Source of the DNA: an uncultured Candidatus Saccharibacteria bacterium
GTDB taxonomy: Bacteria > Patescibacteriota > Saccharimonadia > CAILAD01 > BJGX01
Length of the DNA: 64,000 nt
Reading direction: 5' to 3'
Assembly (NCBI GenBank): GCA_964481235.1
Contig: CAYZYH010000003.1
Span: forward strand, 12,341 to 76,340
The position numbers and the translations under genes were made by a program. Under the pieces are notes generated by a model that had not been told where the DNA came from, did no database searches, and was given only the letters and a program-made list of their open reading frames with translations. Shown one piece after another: positions 42,025 through 51,094 of the stretch (position 1 is its first letter; each line of letters begins with the position of its first letter).

Positions 42025-42636
42025 ATGAAAAAATCCCTGGCCAGCTATAAATATGAAACTAATTTGCATAAGCAAGGTTGTCTATTTGTGGCTGGTATAG
42101 ATGAAGTGGGACGAGGTTGTTTGGCAGGGCCACTTGTTGCTGCGGCAGTTGTATTACCAAGCGACCAGACCCTTGAGTTATTCGATTCTAAGTCTATTAG
42201 TAAAACCAAACGAGAAAACATTGCCAAACAAGTTAAAGAAGTCTCATTGGGCTATGGGCTAGGCTGGGTAACGAATAATGAAATAGACAAGTATGGGTTG
42301 GCCTGGTCTCTACAAGAATCATATATAAGAGCACTAGTAGACTTAAACCTAGAGGTTAGCAAGGTTATATTAGACGGTAATGTGAATTATTTAGAGGAAT
42401 TTAATATTTGTGAAACGTGTATAAAGGGCGATAAAAAAGTTGCTTGTGTGGCAGCCGCATCAGTGCTTGCCAAGGTAACGCGAGATAACCATATGGCAAG
42501 TGTATCTGGTAAATATCCAGAATATAGATATGAAACAAATGCGGGCTATGGTACTGTTTCACACCGAGAAGCTATCTATAAACATGGTATGAGTGATCTG
42601 CATCGCAAAAGTTTTTGTAGAAACATCGTGCAATAA
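42025..42636 (+). CDS. rnhB: ribonuclease HII
   Basis: AGIDEVGRGCLAGPLV catalytic DE.GRG motif; ~204 aa. Confidence 0.85.
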   Translation: MKKSLASYKYETNLHKQGCLFVAGIDEVGRGCLAGPLVAAAVVLPSDQTLELFDSKSISKTKRENIAKQVKEVSLGYGLGWVTNNEIDKYGLAWSLQESYIRALVDLNLEVSKVILDGNVNYLEEFNICETCIKGDKKVACVAAASVLAKVTRDNHMASVSGKYPEYRYETNAGYGTVSHREAIYKHGMSDLHRKSFCRNIVQ

Positions 42637-42671
42637 AAAATCCTGTCCGCTTAAACTAACGGACAGGATGC

Positions 42672-43043
42672 TTATCTACCCACTATTACCCTATTAAGTA
42701 TTATCTCAATAAGTTCGTTGCCAGGTACTGGTGCACTATTAACAGAGTCTAGAACTCTATCTAGATCAACACCCATTTGGTGTAGCTCTACGATATTGCG
42801 TAAGTAAGCCATATCTTCTATGTAGCCCTCAAAGGTAGTTGTAGCTTTGGCGCCACAAGGCAAAACAAAACAAACCACTACTTTTTCCAGGCTCGACTCT
42901 AGAGATACGGCGCCCTCTTTGAGTAACGTAATCATTAACAGATGAGACTCATATGGGTTGAGGTATTCAAATTCTTCTAAAAATACCCCGGTAATCTGTC
43001 TAGTCACATATACATCACTATGAGTACAAAGTATTGTATCCAC
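42672..43043 (-). CDS. hypothetical protein (123 aa), paralog of 41613-
   Basis: See 41613..41939. Confidence 0.5.
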   Translation of the reverse strand: MDTILCTHSDVYVTRQITGVFLEEFEYLNPYESHLLMITLLKEGAVSLESSLEKVVVCFVLPCGAKATTTFEGYIEDMAYLRNIVELHQMGVDLDRVLDSVNSAPVPGNELIEIILNRVIVGR

Positions 43044-43156
43044 TTCTTTACCCCCTGTTGTAGGTGCAATTTATAAATTTAACTATACTCTTAAGATTTT
43101 ATCAATGCAAAATATTTAAGCTTGCAATACTTAGGGTAAAATTTCAGTATGGATAT

Positions 43157-43519
43157 ATGAAGAACACCACAGCGATTGGTAATAGCGCTGAAACACTAGC
43201 CTCTGAATACTTGGAGGGTAAAGGTTATAAGATAGTAGAACGCAATTACAAAGATAAGTTTTGCGAGATAGATATTGTCTGTACTCACCAAGAATTTATA
43301 GTTTTTGTAGAAGTTAAGTATCGATCTAGAGCCGACTACGGCGGAGCAGTAGGAGCAATTACGCCAAATAAGTTTAGACGCATACAAAAAGCTGCCGAAT
43401 ATTACTTGAGCCAACATGAGGTATGCAGTAGTTTACAGCCTAGGCTCGATGTAATAACGGTAGTAGGAGATATGAACAAACCAGCCATTACACACATAGA
43501 AGATTGCGAACTATATTGA
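43157..43519 (+). CDS. yraN: YraN-family (UPF0102) endonuclease
   Basis: GE..A..YL...GY.I..RN......EIDIV pattern; ~120 aa; downstream of rnhB as in many bacteria. Confidence 0.7.
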   Translation: MKNTTAIGNSAETLASEYLEGKGYKIVERNYKDKFCEIDIVCTHQEFIVFVEVKYRSRADYGGAVGAITPNKFRRIQKAAEYYLSQHEVCSSLQPRLDVITVVGDMNKPAITHIEDCELY

Positions 43520-43579
43520 CAAAATATACAAGAATCATTAAACTGTAGCAGTTATTGTACCTTTTAGAAAAGAGCTGAA

Positions 43580-44059
43580 GTGTCGCTCAAAACTCCCGCT
43601 AAAGATGCCTACCTACAAATTAGCGCCAAAACTCCCTTAGCTCAAAAAAAGTCTGTACTTTGGTTTATGAAGTCACTTGTTACACTTGCAATAGTTGCAT
43701 TGATTCTAGGTGTATTTCGGGTTTACGACATGCAGTCGGATAATTTTATGACTGTATTTAGTGTGGTCGTTTTTGTGATAATGCCACCGCTTTTTATCAT
43801 ATTGTTTGCTGAACTAAGCTATATGAAAAAGGTTAGAAAAGCTGAGTATGCCTATTGTAAAGAATATGCAGAGAATCTATTGGGTCGCGAAGTAACGGTT
43901 GGCTACAAACAAGATGGTAGAGTGACTTTTAAAGTTAATGGAGTGGTATTGTGTTTCTACCCCGAGACCGAAGAGATTACTTTCTTTGATGGTAGAAAAA
44001 TGAATGAAGAAACACTTGCTCTTTACTATGAGTTGAGTAATCAACAAGACCAGCAGTAA
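43580..44059 (+). CDS. hypothetical membrane protein (159 aa)
   Basis: Two TM helices; GTG start. Confidence 0.45.
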   Translation: MSLKTPAKDAYLQISAKTPLAQKKSVLWFMKSLVTLAIVALILGVFRVYDMQSDNFMTVFSVVVFVIMPPLFIILFAELSYMKKVRKAEYAYCKEYAENLLGREVTVGYKQDGRVTFKVNGVVLCFYPETEEITFFDGRKMNEETLALYYELSNQQDQQ

Positions 44060-44091
44060 TACCGGCTTTTATATTTACAAAAAACTTATAT

Positions 44092-44122
44092 TAGCACTCT
44101 TGACACTAGAGTGCTAATTTTT
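44092..44122 (+). terminator. rho-independent terminator (9-bp stem) after 43580..44059
   Basis: tagcactct-tgacact-agagtgcta followed by ATTTTT. Confidence 0.65.
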
Positions 44123-44129
44123 ATATAAT
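44100..44129 (+). promoter_or_regulatory. consensus sigma70 promoter TTGACA-N18-TATAAT for nusA, overlapping the terminator hairpin
   Basis: Perfect -35 and -10 hexamers; 18-nt spacer. Confidence 0.5.
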
Positions 44130-44311
44130 TAATTTAGTAATAACTCTAGCTTTACTCGAGAATATATGATAGAATTAATTGGTAAAGTCGATGGAGTAGT
44201 TTACAAAAACACATTTCCACCGACTTTTTTGTTCAGATAAAACTATATAAGTAAAATCTCAGCAAATATAACATACAATTTAATAAGGGAAAAATAAGGA
44301 AAACTAAATAT

Positions 44312-45517
44312 ATGCAAAACAATTTTACCAGCGCTATAGAACAAATATGTGAAGAAAAAGGTATCTCCAAAGAGTCTGTAATAGAGGCTATTGAGGCTGC
44401 TCTGATTGCTGCATACAAAAAAGACTTTGGTGACAAAGATCAAGAGGTGCGAGTAACTCTAGACGATGATACAGGGGAAGCCCGGATATTTGTAAGTAAA
44501 GAAGTAATTAAGACCGTTCAAGAAGGTTTTGAAATGCTACAAATAAGTTTAGAGGATGCCAAAAAGATTAACCCCAAAGCCAAAGTTGGCGAGATGGTAG
44601 AATACGAAGAAGACAATAAAGAATTTGGTAGAGTAGCAGCTCAAACCGCAAAACAAGTAATAATGCAACGTATACGTGAGGCCGAGCGCGAAGTTGTTTT
44701 TGATGAATTTAGCGAAAAAGAGGGACAGATAATTGCCTCTACAGTGCAACGGGTAGAGCGTGGTAATGCCTATATAGATCTTGGGCATGCTGTCGGCGTA
44801 CTATTTCCGGCAGATCAACTTCCAAACGAGCGCTATTACACAGGCCAAAGATTGAAAGTATACGTAGTGAGAGTAGAACAAACTTTACGTGGCCCTCAGA
44901 TAGTAGTGAGTCGTACACACCCAGAAATGATCCGTAGACTTTTTGATATGGAGGTGCCAGAAATTAGTAATGGTAGCGTAGAGATTGTCGGCATAGCTCG
45001 TGAAGCTGGTATGCGCACCAAGATATCAGTAAAAAGTAACCTAGAAGGTGTAGATCCAGTTGGTACTTTTGTGGGTGGACGAGGCTCTCGCGTGCAGGCA
45101 GTAATGAATGAAATAGGTGAAGAAAAGATAGATATTATTCCTTTTAGCGAAGATCCAGCAGAATATATCTCTTCAGCACTGTCGCCTACCAAGGTTATTA
45201 GTATAAAGCTAGACAATGAAGAAAAAAAAGCTGTAGTAAAAGTTCCCGAAGATCAGCTAAGCTTGGCTATCGGTAAATCGGGCCAAAATGTTCGTCTGGC
45301 CGCTAAACTTACTGGTTGGAATGTAGATATTGATGGTGCAGATGATGCCCATGTAGAGGAAACCGCAGAAGCAGTAGAGGACGAACCAAAAACTATCAAA
45401 ACCAAAGATTTGGAAGAATCTTTGATATCTGAAATTAGCGAAAAAGACAATAAAGAGCCAGAAAAAGAAGCTAACGATAAAGCCGAGCAGCCCAAAGAAG
45501 ATAACGACATGACATAA
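44312..45517 (+). CDS. nusA: transcription termination/antitermination factor NusA
   Basis: 401 aa; N-terminal NusA domain, S1, two KH regions, acidic tail. Confidence 0.9.
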   Translation: MQNNFTSAIEQICEEKGISKESVIEAIEAALIAAYKKDFGDKDQEVRVTLDDDTGEARIFVSKEVIKTVQEGFEMLQISLEDAKKINPKAKVGEMVEYEEDNKEFGRVAAQTAKQVIMQRIREAEREVVFDEFSEKEGQIIASTVQRVERGNAYIDLGHAVGVLFPADQLPNERYYTGQRLKVYVVRVEQTLRGPQIVVSRTHPEMIRRLFDMEVPEISNGSVEIVGIAREAGMRTKISVKSNLEGVDPVGTFVGGRGSRVQAVMNEIGEEKIDIIPFSEDPAEYISSALSPTKVISIKLDNEEKKAVVKVPEDQLSLAIGKSGQNVRLAAKLTGWNVDIDGADDAHVEETAEAVEDEPKTIKTKDLEESLISEISEKDNKEPEKEANDKAEQPKEDNDMT

Positions 45518-45543
45518 GGCTAAAGCCAAAGGAGGAAAAGACT

Positions 45544-48033
45544 ATGCAACCAGAGTTTCCAGATGTATTCGAGAGATTCACGCAAAATGCCAAGAGCACA
45601 CTAGAGTATAGTGGCCAAATCGCTATGCAAATGGGAGCTGTTTATGTAGGTACCGAGCACCTGCTACTTGGTATACTTAAGAGTAATACATCTCTTGGTG
45701 CTAGACTCTTAAGCGAAAGTGGGGTTACGCTAGAAAAAATAAAACCTAGCCTGCTCACTCCTTCGGCTAAGATTAACAATCAGCCATTTAGCCCTAACAT
45801 GATAGATCTTTCTGAAACTGCAAAAAAAACTATCACTTTGGCGTTGAGAGTAGCCCAAGAGTTTGGTCAACCATATGCCGGCACAGAACATCTTTTGTTT
45901 GCAATACTTAGTCAAAAAAATTCCCGTGCTCAAACAATTTTGGCTGAAATAAAAGTAGATCCATCCAAGCTTAGAGCCAATATAGAGACTTTTTTACAAA
46001 ATCAACCTCATAGCTTTGAGGGTCCAACGGAGTCGCGGCTTTCTAGTAAAGGCAATAATTCTAGTAAAACTCCAGCCCTAGAGCATTTCAGTATAGACCT
46101 TACTGAGAAGGCCCGAGAAGGTAAGCTAGACCCTATGGTGGGTCGTGTTGCCCAGTTAGAGAGAATGATATCAATACTGAACCGTCGAACCAAAAACAAC
46201 CCAGTGCTTATTGGTGAGCCTGGTGTTGGCAAGACGGCTATCGTAGAAGGTTTAGCTCAAAGAATAAGTACAGAGGATGTGCCCGATTTACTGGTGGGTA
46301 AAAGAGTAATGATGCTAGATATGGCTTCGGTAATTGCCGGGACCAAATTTCGTGGTGAATTTGAAGAGCGACTCAAGAAGGTACTAGACGAAGCCAAAGA
46401 GTCTGACGATGTTATATTGTTTATTGATGAGCTACATAATGTAGTGGGGGCTGGAAGTGCCGAGGGTGCTATTGATGCTGCCAATATTTTAAAACCTGCT
46501 TTGGCGCGTGGCGAGGTGCAGACTATTGGTGCCACAACACTAGAAGAGTATCGAAAATATATAGAAAAAGATTCGGCTCTAGAGCGGAGATTTCAACCAG
46601 TACAAGTACCCGAAGCCACGGTTGATGAGACTATAGATATATTAAAAGGCCTTAGGGCACACTACGAAAAATTCCACAACGTAGAAATATCTGACGAGGC
46701 TATTGAGCAAGCAGCAAAACTCGCTAAACGTTATGTAAGTGATAGGTTTATGCCCGATAAAGCAATCGATCTTATTGACGAAGCAGCAGCCCAAGCTCGC
46801 ATTAATCGTGGAACCGTTGGCAAAAGACACAAACAACTCGAGAAAAAACTCAATGATCTAAATACCAATATTGATGATGCAGTTTATAATCAAGACTTTG
46901 AGTATGCCGCAAAGCTTAAAGCAGAAGCCTCTGTAATAGAACAGAAGCTCAAGGAAGAACTAAAGAAGAATGAGAAAAAGGCTAGTATCGCTGTTACAGC
47001 AGAAGACATAGCTGTAGTTATTAGCCAAACCACTGGCATACCTATGACCAAACTTATTAAGTTTGAGACTGAGGCACTACGTAATTTAGAGCGCAGCCTA
47101 AAAGCCAAGGTGATAGATCAAGATGAAGCAGTTGAGGCAGTAGCTCAAGCCGTACGCCGTAGCCGAACAGGAATTGCCGACGAAAACCGACCAATAGGCT
47201 CATTCATATTTTTAGGACCAACTGGAGTTGGTAAAACTGAGCTAGCTAGAGTGCTAGCCGAAGAGTTGTTTCAAGACAAAGACGCTATGATAAAAGTAGA
47301 TATGAGTGAGTTTATGGAAAAACATAACACCGCTCGCTTAGTAGGTGCTCCGGCTGGTTATGTCGGATACGACGACGGCGGTCAATTGACCGAAAAAGTA
47401 CGCAGAAGACCATATAGTCTTATTCTATTTGATGAAATAGAAAAAGCCCACCCCGATGTGTTCAATATCTTATTACAAATTTTAGAAGATGGTACTCTCA
47501 CCGATGCCAAAGGACGCAAGGTAGATTTCCGCAATACCATCATAATAATGACTAGCAATGTAGGGGCACGTCAACTGCACGAAGAAGCTGTGATTGGTTT
47601 TGAGACTAGTACTACTGCGCAAGAAGACCAATTAGAAAAACTACACGAAAAAATGCAAGCTACAGTAAAAAAAGAGCTTAAAAAAAGTTTTAGACCAGAG
47701 TTTTTGAACAGAATAGATCATATAGTTGTATTTAAGGCGCTATCAAAAATTAGTATTGCCCATATTGTAAATCTACAACTAGCCGATTTATCGAGAAGAT
47801 TAGAAGCCAAAGAAGTTAGTCTTAAGTTTAATCAGGGGGTCAAAGACTTGCTACTCAAAGAAGGCTACGACCCAGACAACGGTGCAAGACCTATGCGTCG
47901 GGCTATCCAAAAGCTTATTGAGGACCCGCTTGCTACCCAGATGATTGAGGGTACTATAAAATCTGGTGATACTGTGAAGGTTACGGTGAATAAAGCGGGC
48001 AATGTAGAGCTAAAAGTAGCGCTTGGTGTATAA
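45544..48033 (+). CDS. clpC: ATP-dependent Clp protease ATP-binding subunit ClpC
   Basis: 829 aa; two Clp_N repeats and two AAA+ modules ([18 protein letters not shown]); GGAGG RBS. Confidence 0.9.
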   Translation: MQPEFPDVFERFTQNAKSTLEYSGQIAMQMGAVYVGTEHLLLGILKSNTSLGARLLSESGVTLEKIKPSLLTPSAKINNQPFSPNMIDLSETAKKTITLALRVAQEFGQPYAGTEHLLFAILSQKNSRAQTILAEIKVDPSKLRANIETFLQNQPHSFEGPTESRLSSKGNNSSKTPALEHFSIDLTEKAREGKLDPMVGRVAQLERMISILNRRTKNNPVLIGEPGVGKTAIVEGLAQRISTEDVPDLLVGKRVMMLDMASVIAGTKFRGEFEERLKKVLDEAKESDDVILFIDELHNVVGAGSAEGAIDAANILKPALARGEVQTIGATTLEEYRKYIEKDSALERRFQPVQVPEATVDETIDILKGLRAHYEKFHNVEISDEAIEQAAKLAKRYVSDRFMPDKAIDLIDEAAAQARINRGTVGKRHKQLEKKLNDLNTNIDDAVYNQDFEYAAKLKAEASVIEQKLKEELKKNEKKASIAVTAEDIAVVISQTTGIPMTKLIKFETEALRNLERSLKAKVIDQDEAVEAVAQAVRRSRTGIADENRPIGSFIFLGPTGVGKTELARVLAEELFQDKDAMIKVDMSEFMEKHNTARLVGAPAGYVGYDDGGQLTEKVRRRPYSLILFDEIEKAHPDVFNILLQILEDGTLTDAKGRKVDFRNTIIIMTSNVGARQLHEEAVIGFETSTTAQEDQLEKLHEKMQATVKKELKKSFRPEFLNRIDHIVVFKALSKISIAHIVNLQLADLSRRLEAKEVSLKFNQGVKDLLLKEGYDPDNGARPMRRAIQKLIEDPLATQMIEGTIKSGDTVKVTVNKAGNVELKVALGV

Positions 48034-48844
48034 ATTGACCGCGATACAGCCTATCGGAGAATTAATATATCCAAATAACGTAGGGTACCTGATTAGCTCA
48101 ATCGATCAAAATAGACCACTACAAAAAGAATGGCAACAACCAGTGCAGCTTTGTTTGCAAGAAATACAAAAGCAACTACCGAACCTTATAAGTGGTGTAT
48201 ATGTAAGGGGTAGTGTTGCTCGAGGTACGGCAATAGCCGGTGTATCAGATATAGATCTAGTAATAATAACAAAGAATACTTTAGTATCTTTTAGTAAAGA
48301 TTGGCAAAGAAAATTTGTAAATGTACTAAGAAATAAACACAAACAAGTGGACGATGTAGAGTTTGAGTTGGTTTCTTACTCACAGATCATGAACTTCGAT
48401 AGGCCATCTGGTATAAGGGTGCTACTAACATTGCAGGGCAAATGTATTTTGGGAGAGGATCTTATAAGAAAATTCCCAATACTTAAACCTAATGAAAGTG
48501 CCTTTGTACATATACCGTTCTTTAGTAAATTTCAAAATAACATTACAAAAACTTTAAAAACTAAAGAAATATTTCTTCCAGCCTATATACCTTGGGTTTC
48601 TAAGCGGTACATACGTACTGGATTTGAGCTTTGCATGGAAAGAGAAAAGGTATTTACACGTGATCTTTATTCTTGCTTTGAAATATTCTCGAAATATTAT
48701 CCAGATAAAAAAATTAATATGTACAATACACTTGAGCAAGTAATTAAGCCTTCATGGACAAAGAGCGAGTTATTAGAGTGTATAAACACACTTGGTGATT
48801 GGCTATATCTAGAAATAAAAAGGAAATATCCAAGATTTATCTAA
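48023..48844 (+). CDS. nucleotidyltransferase-domain protein, AadA/ANT(3'')-like architecture (273 aa)
   Basis: GSVARGTAIAGVSDIDLVIITK closely resembles the NTase motif of aminoglycoside adenylyltransferases (GSAVDGGLKPHSDIDLLV); similar overall length; overlaps clpC stop. Confidence 0.55.
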   Translation: MVYKLTAIQPIGELIYPNNVGYLISSIDQNRPLQKEWQQPVQLCLQEIQKQLPNLISGVYVRGSVARGTAIAGVSDIDLVIITKNTLVSFSKDWQRKFVNVLRNKHKQVDDVEFELVSYSQIMNFDRPSGIRVLLTLQGKCILGEDLIRKFPILKPNESAFVHIPFFSKFQNNITKTLKTKEIFLPAYIPWVSKRYIRTGFELCMEREKVFTRDLYSCFEIFSKYYPDKKINMYNTLEQVIKPSWTKSELLECINTLGDWLYLEIKRKYPRFI

Positions 48845-48908
48845 AAATACTTTCGTGTTATGTTCGCAATGTGATAAAATATAGTTATAGGGTAATTTTA
48901 GTAAAAAA

Positions 48909-50255
48909 ATGGCAAAAACTCATAAACAATTCGTGTGTCAAAATTGCGGAGCTACATTTAGTAAGTGGTCTGGTAAATGCATGCAATGTGGGGCATGGGA
49001 TAGCTTAATAGAGTCGGTGGCGGCAACCAAAATGGTTGGCAATAAAGTCGGTGAGCTACCATCGGTTGAAAAAGTACAAAAACTTTCTGGCATAGAACCC
49101 AACAAGACTCCACGTATCTCTACGACAAGTAATGAGGTAGATACTGTTTTGGGCGGAGGGATAGTACCGGGTAGTTTAATACTATTAGCTGGTGATCCAG
49201 GTATTGGCAAAAGCACACTCGTACTGCAATTGGCTAGCAATGTTTCTGCATCGCAAAACAAAAAAGTTTTGTATGTTAGTGGTGAAGAATCGGCTAATCA
49301 AATTAAGTTGCGAGCCCAACGCATTAAGGGGTTAAGTGAAACCTTTGACTTTCTTGCAACTACCAACTTAGACCAAGTGCTGTCACAAACTTTTAACTCA
49401 AATTATAACTTAGTAATAGTAGACTCGATTCAGACCATGGCGAGCACGGGTGTTGCTTCTGCTGCCGGAACAATTAGTCAAATTACCAACGGCGCAAACG
49501 CGCTAATGCAGGCCGCTAAATCAACTAATACTGCCTTTATAATTATTGGGCATGTTACCAAAGAAGGTAGCTTAGCTGGGCCACGTCTTCTAGAGCACCT
49601 AGTAGATACCGTTTTGCATTTAGAAGGCGAAAAGTTTGGTGCGGTTAAATTTTTGCGTTCAGTCAAAAATAGATTTGGTTCTACAAATGAGGTAGGTGTA
49701 CTTGAAATGACTGATGGTGGATTGTTGCCACTAAAGAATCCAAGCGGAATATTGCTAGAAGAGCGTAGTAGTAGCCCGGGTAGTGTAGTGTTTGCAACTA
49801 TGGAGGGTACCAGGCCACTACTTGTAGAGGTGCAGGCATTGGTTAGCCCTAGTGTGTTTGGCTACCCTAAGCGAGCTGCTGTGGGTGTAGATTTAAATAG
49901 ACTAGGCTTGTTGTGTGCAGTCATGACAAAACGTGGTGGAATCAATTTGAGCAGTAGTGATGTGTATGTTAATATTGTAGGTGGATTAAAGATAACAGAG
50001 CCAGCTATAGACCTTGCAATTATTTTGGCAATTGCCTCTGCTCATAAGAATAAAATTATTGATCCATCATATATTGTTTTTGGAGAAACGGGTCTTAGTG
50101 GAGAAGTTCGTTCAGTTAATAGTTCAGAACGCCGTATTAAAGAAGCTCATAAATTAGGCTTCGATAAAGCAATAGCTCCTCCTAGCGTAAAGGGTTCTAG
50201 CATAAAAAATCCAAAAAATATAATTGAAGCTATTGGTATTATTACTAAAAGCTAA
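48909..50255 (+). CDS. radA: DNA repair protein RadA/Sms
   Basis: 448 aa; N-terminal CxxC..CxxC Zn finger, Walker A GDPGIGKST, KNRFG motif, Lon-like C-terminus. Confidence 0.9.
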   Translation: MAKTHKQFVCQNCGATFSKWSGKCMQCGAWDSLIESVAATKMVGNKVGELPSVEKVQKLSGIEPNKTPRISTTSNEVDTVLGGGIVPGSLILLAGDPGIGKSTLVLQLASNVSASQNKKVLYVSGEESANQIKLRAQRIKGLSETFDFLATTNLDQVLSQTFNSNYNLVIVDSIQTMASTGVASAAGTISQITNGANALMQAAKSTNTAFIIIGHVTKEGSLAGPRLLEHLVDTVLHLEGEKFGAVKFLRSVKNRFGSTNEVGVLEMTDGGLLPLKNPSGILLEERSSSPGSVVFATMEGTRPLLVEVQALVSPSVFGYPKRAAVGVDLNRLGLLCAVMTKRGGINLSSSDVYVNIVGGLKITEPAIDLAIILAIASAHKNKIIDPSYIVFGETGLSGEVRSVNSSERRIKEAHKLGFDKAIAPPSVKGSSIKNPKNIIEAIGIITKS

Positions 50256-50270
50256 AACAGAAAGGTAAAA

Positions 50271-51044
50271 ATGTACTTATTTATTATATCTATTTTGGCA
50301 ATGGTCTTGTTGGGCATGGTGTTAGTTATTTATTTACTATTAAACAAGCAAACCCAACAAGGTATTCAGGGTAAGATTGACAAAGCTCACAACCCAAATA
50401 AATCACAAATATTGGTCGACACTTCGGCAATAATTGACGGTAGGATAGCCGATGTAGCCAAAACCGGCTTTGTGCCAGGCAAACTACTAGTGCCAAGATT
50501 TATATTGGCTGAGTTACAAAATATTGCCGATAGCGAAGACCCAATGCGACGAAGTCGTGGTAGACGTGGGCTAGAAATGCTCAACTTACTTCGACAAAAC
50601 CCCGATGTAGAAATAGATATTATTGAAGAAAATCCTAAAGATGTTGCAGAAGTAGATCATAAATTGGTACACCTAGCGCGTGAGTACGGCACAAATATTC
50701 TTACAACTGACTACAATCTAAATAGGGTTGCAACAATAGAAAATGTAATGGTGCTAAATATGAACGAACTGGCCAATGCTATAAAAGCTTTGGTTATTCC
50801 TGGTGAAGAAATGCGAGTAAAAGTAGTACAAAAGGGTAAAGAAAAAAACCAAGGCTTAGCTTATTTGGCGGATGGTACTATGATAGTAGTAGAAAATGGT
50901 GATAAGCTAATAGGTAAAGAAGTAGATGTAGAGGTGACTCGAATATTTCAAACGGTTGCTGGCAAAATGATATTTGCTGCGCAAAAAGGAAAATCAAGAC
51001 GTAATCAGACTACACACGTAAATAAACGTACAAAACAAGCTTAG
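50271..51044 (+). CDS. PIN plus TRAM domain protein (YacL-like), N-terminally membrane anchored
   Basis: ILVDTSAIIDGRI PIN start; C-terminal TRAM-like beta region; follows radA as in Firmicutes. Confidence 0.7.
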   Translation: MYLFIISILAMVLLGMVLVIYLLLNKQTQQGIQGKIDKAHNPNKSQILVDTSAIIDGRIADVAKTGFVPGKLLVPRFILAELQNIADSEDPMRRSRGRRGLEMLNLLRQNPDVEIDIIEENPKDVAEVDHKLVHLAREYGTNILTTDYNLNRVATIENVMVLNMNELANAIKALVIPGEEMRVKVVQKGKEKNQGLAYLADGTMIVVENGDKLIGKEVDVEVTRIFQTVAGKMIFAAQKGKSRRNQTTHVNKRTKQA

Positions 51045-51094
51045 ATTATAAAATTTAACCAGATTACAGAACCTATAAAGGTTTACTAATAAAG

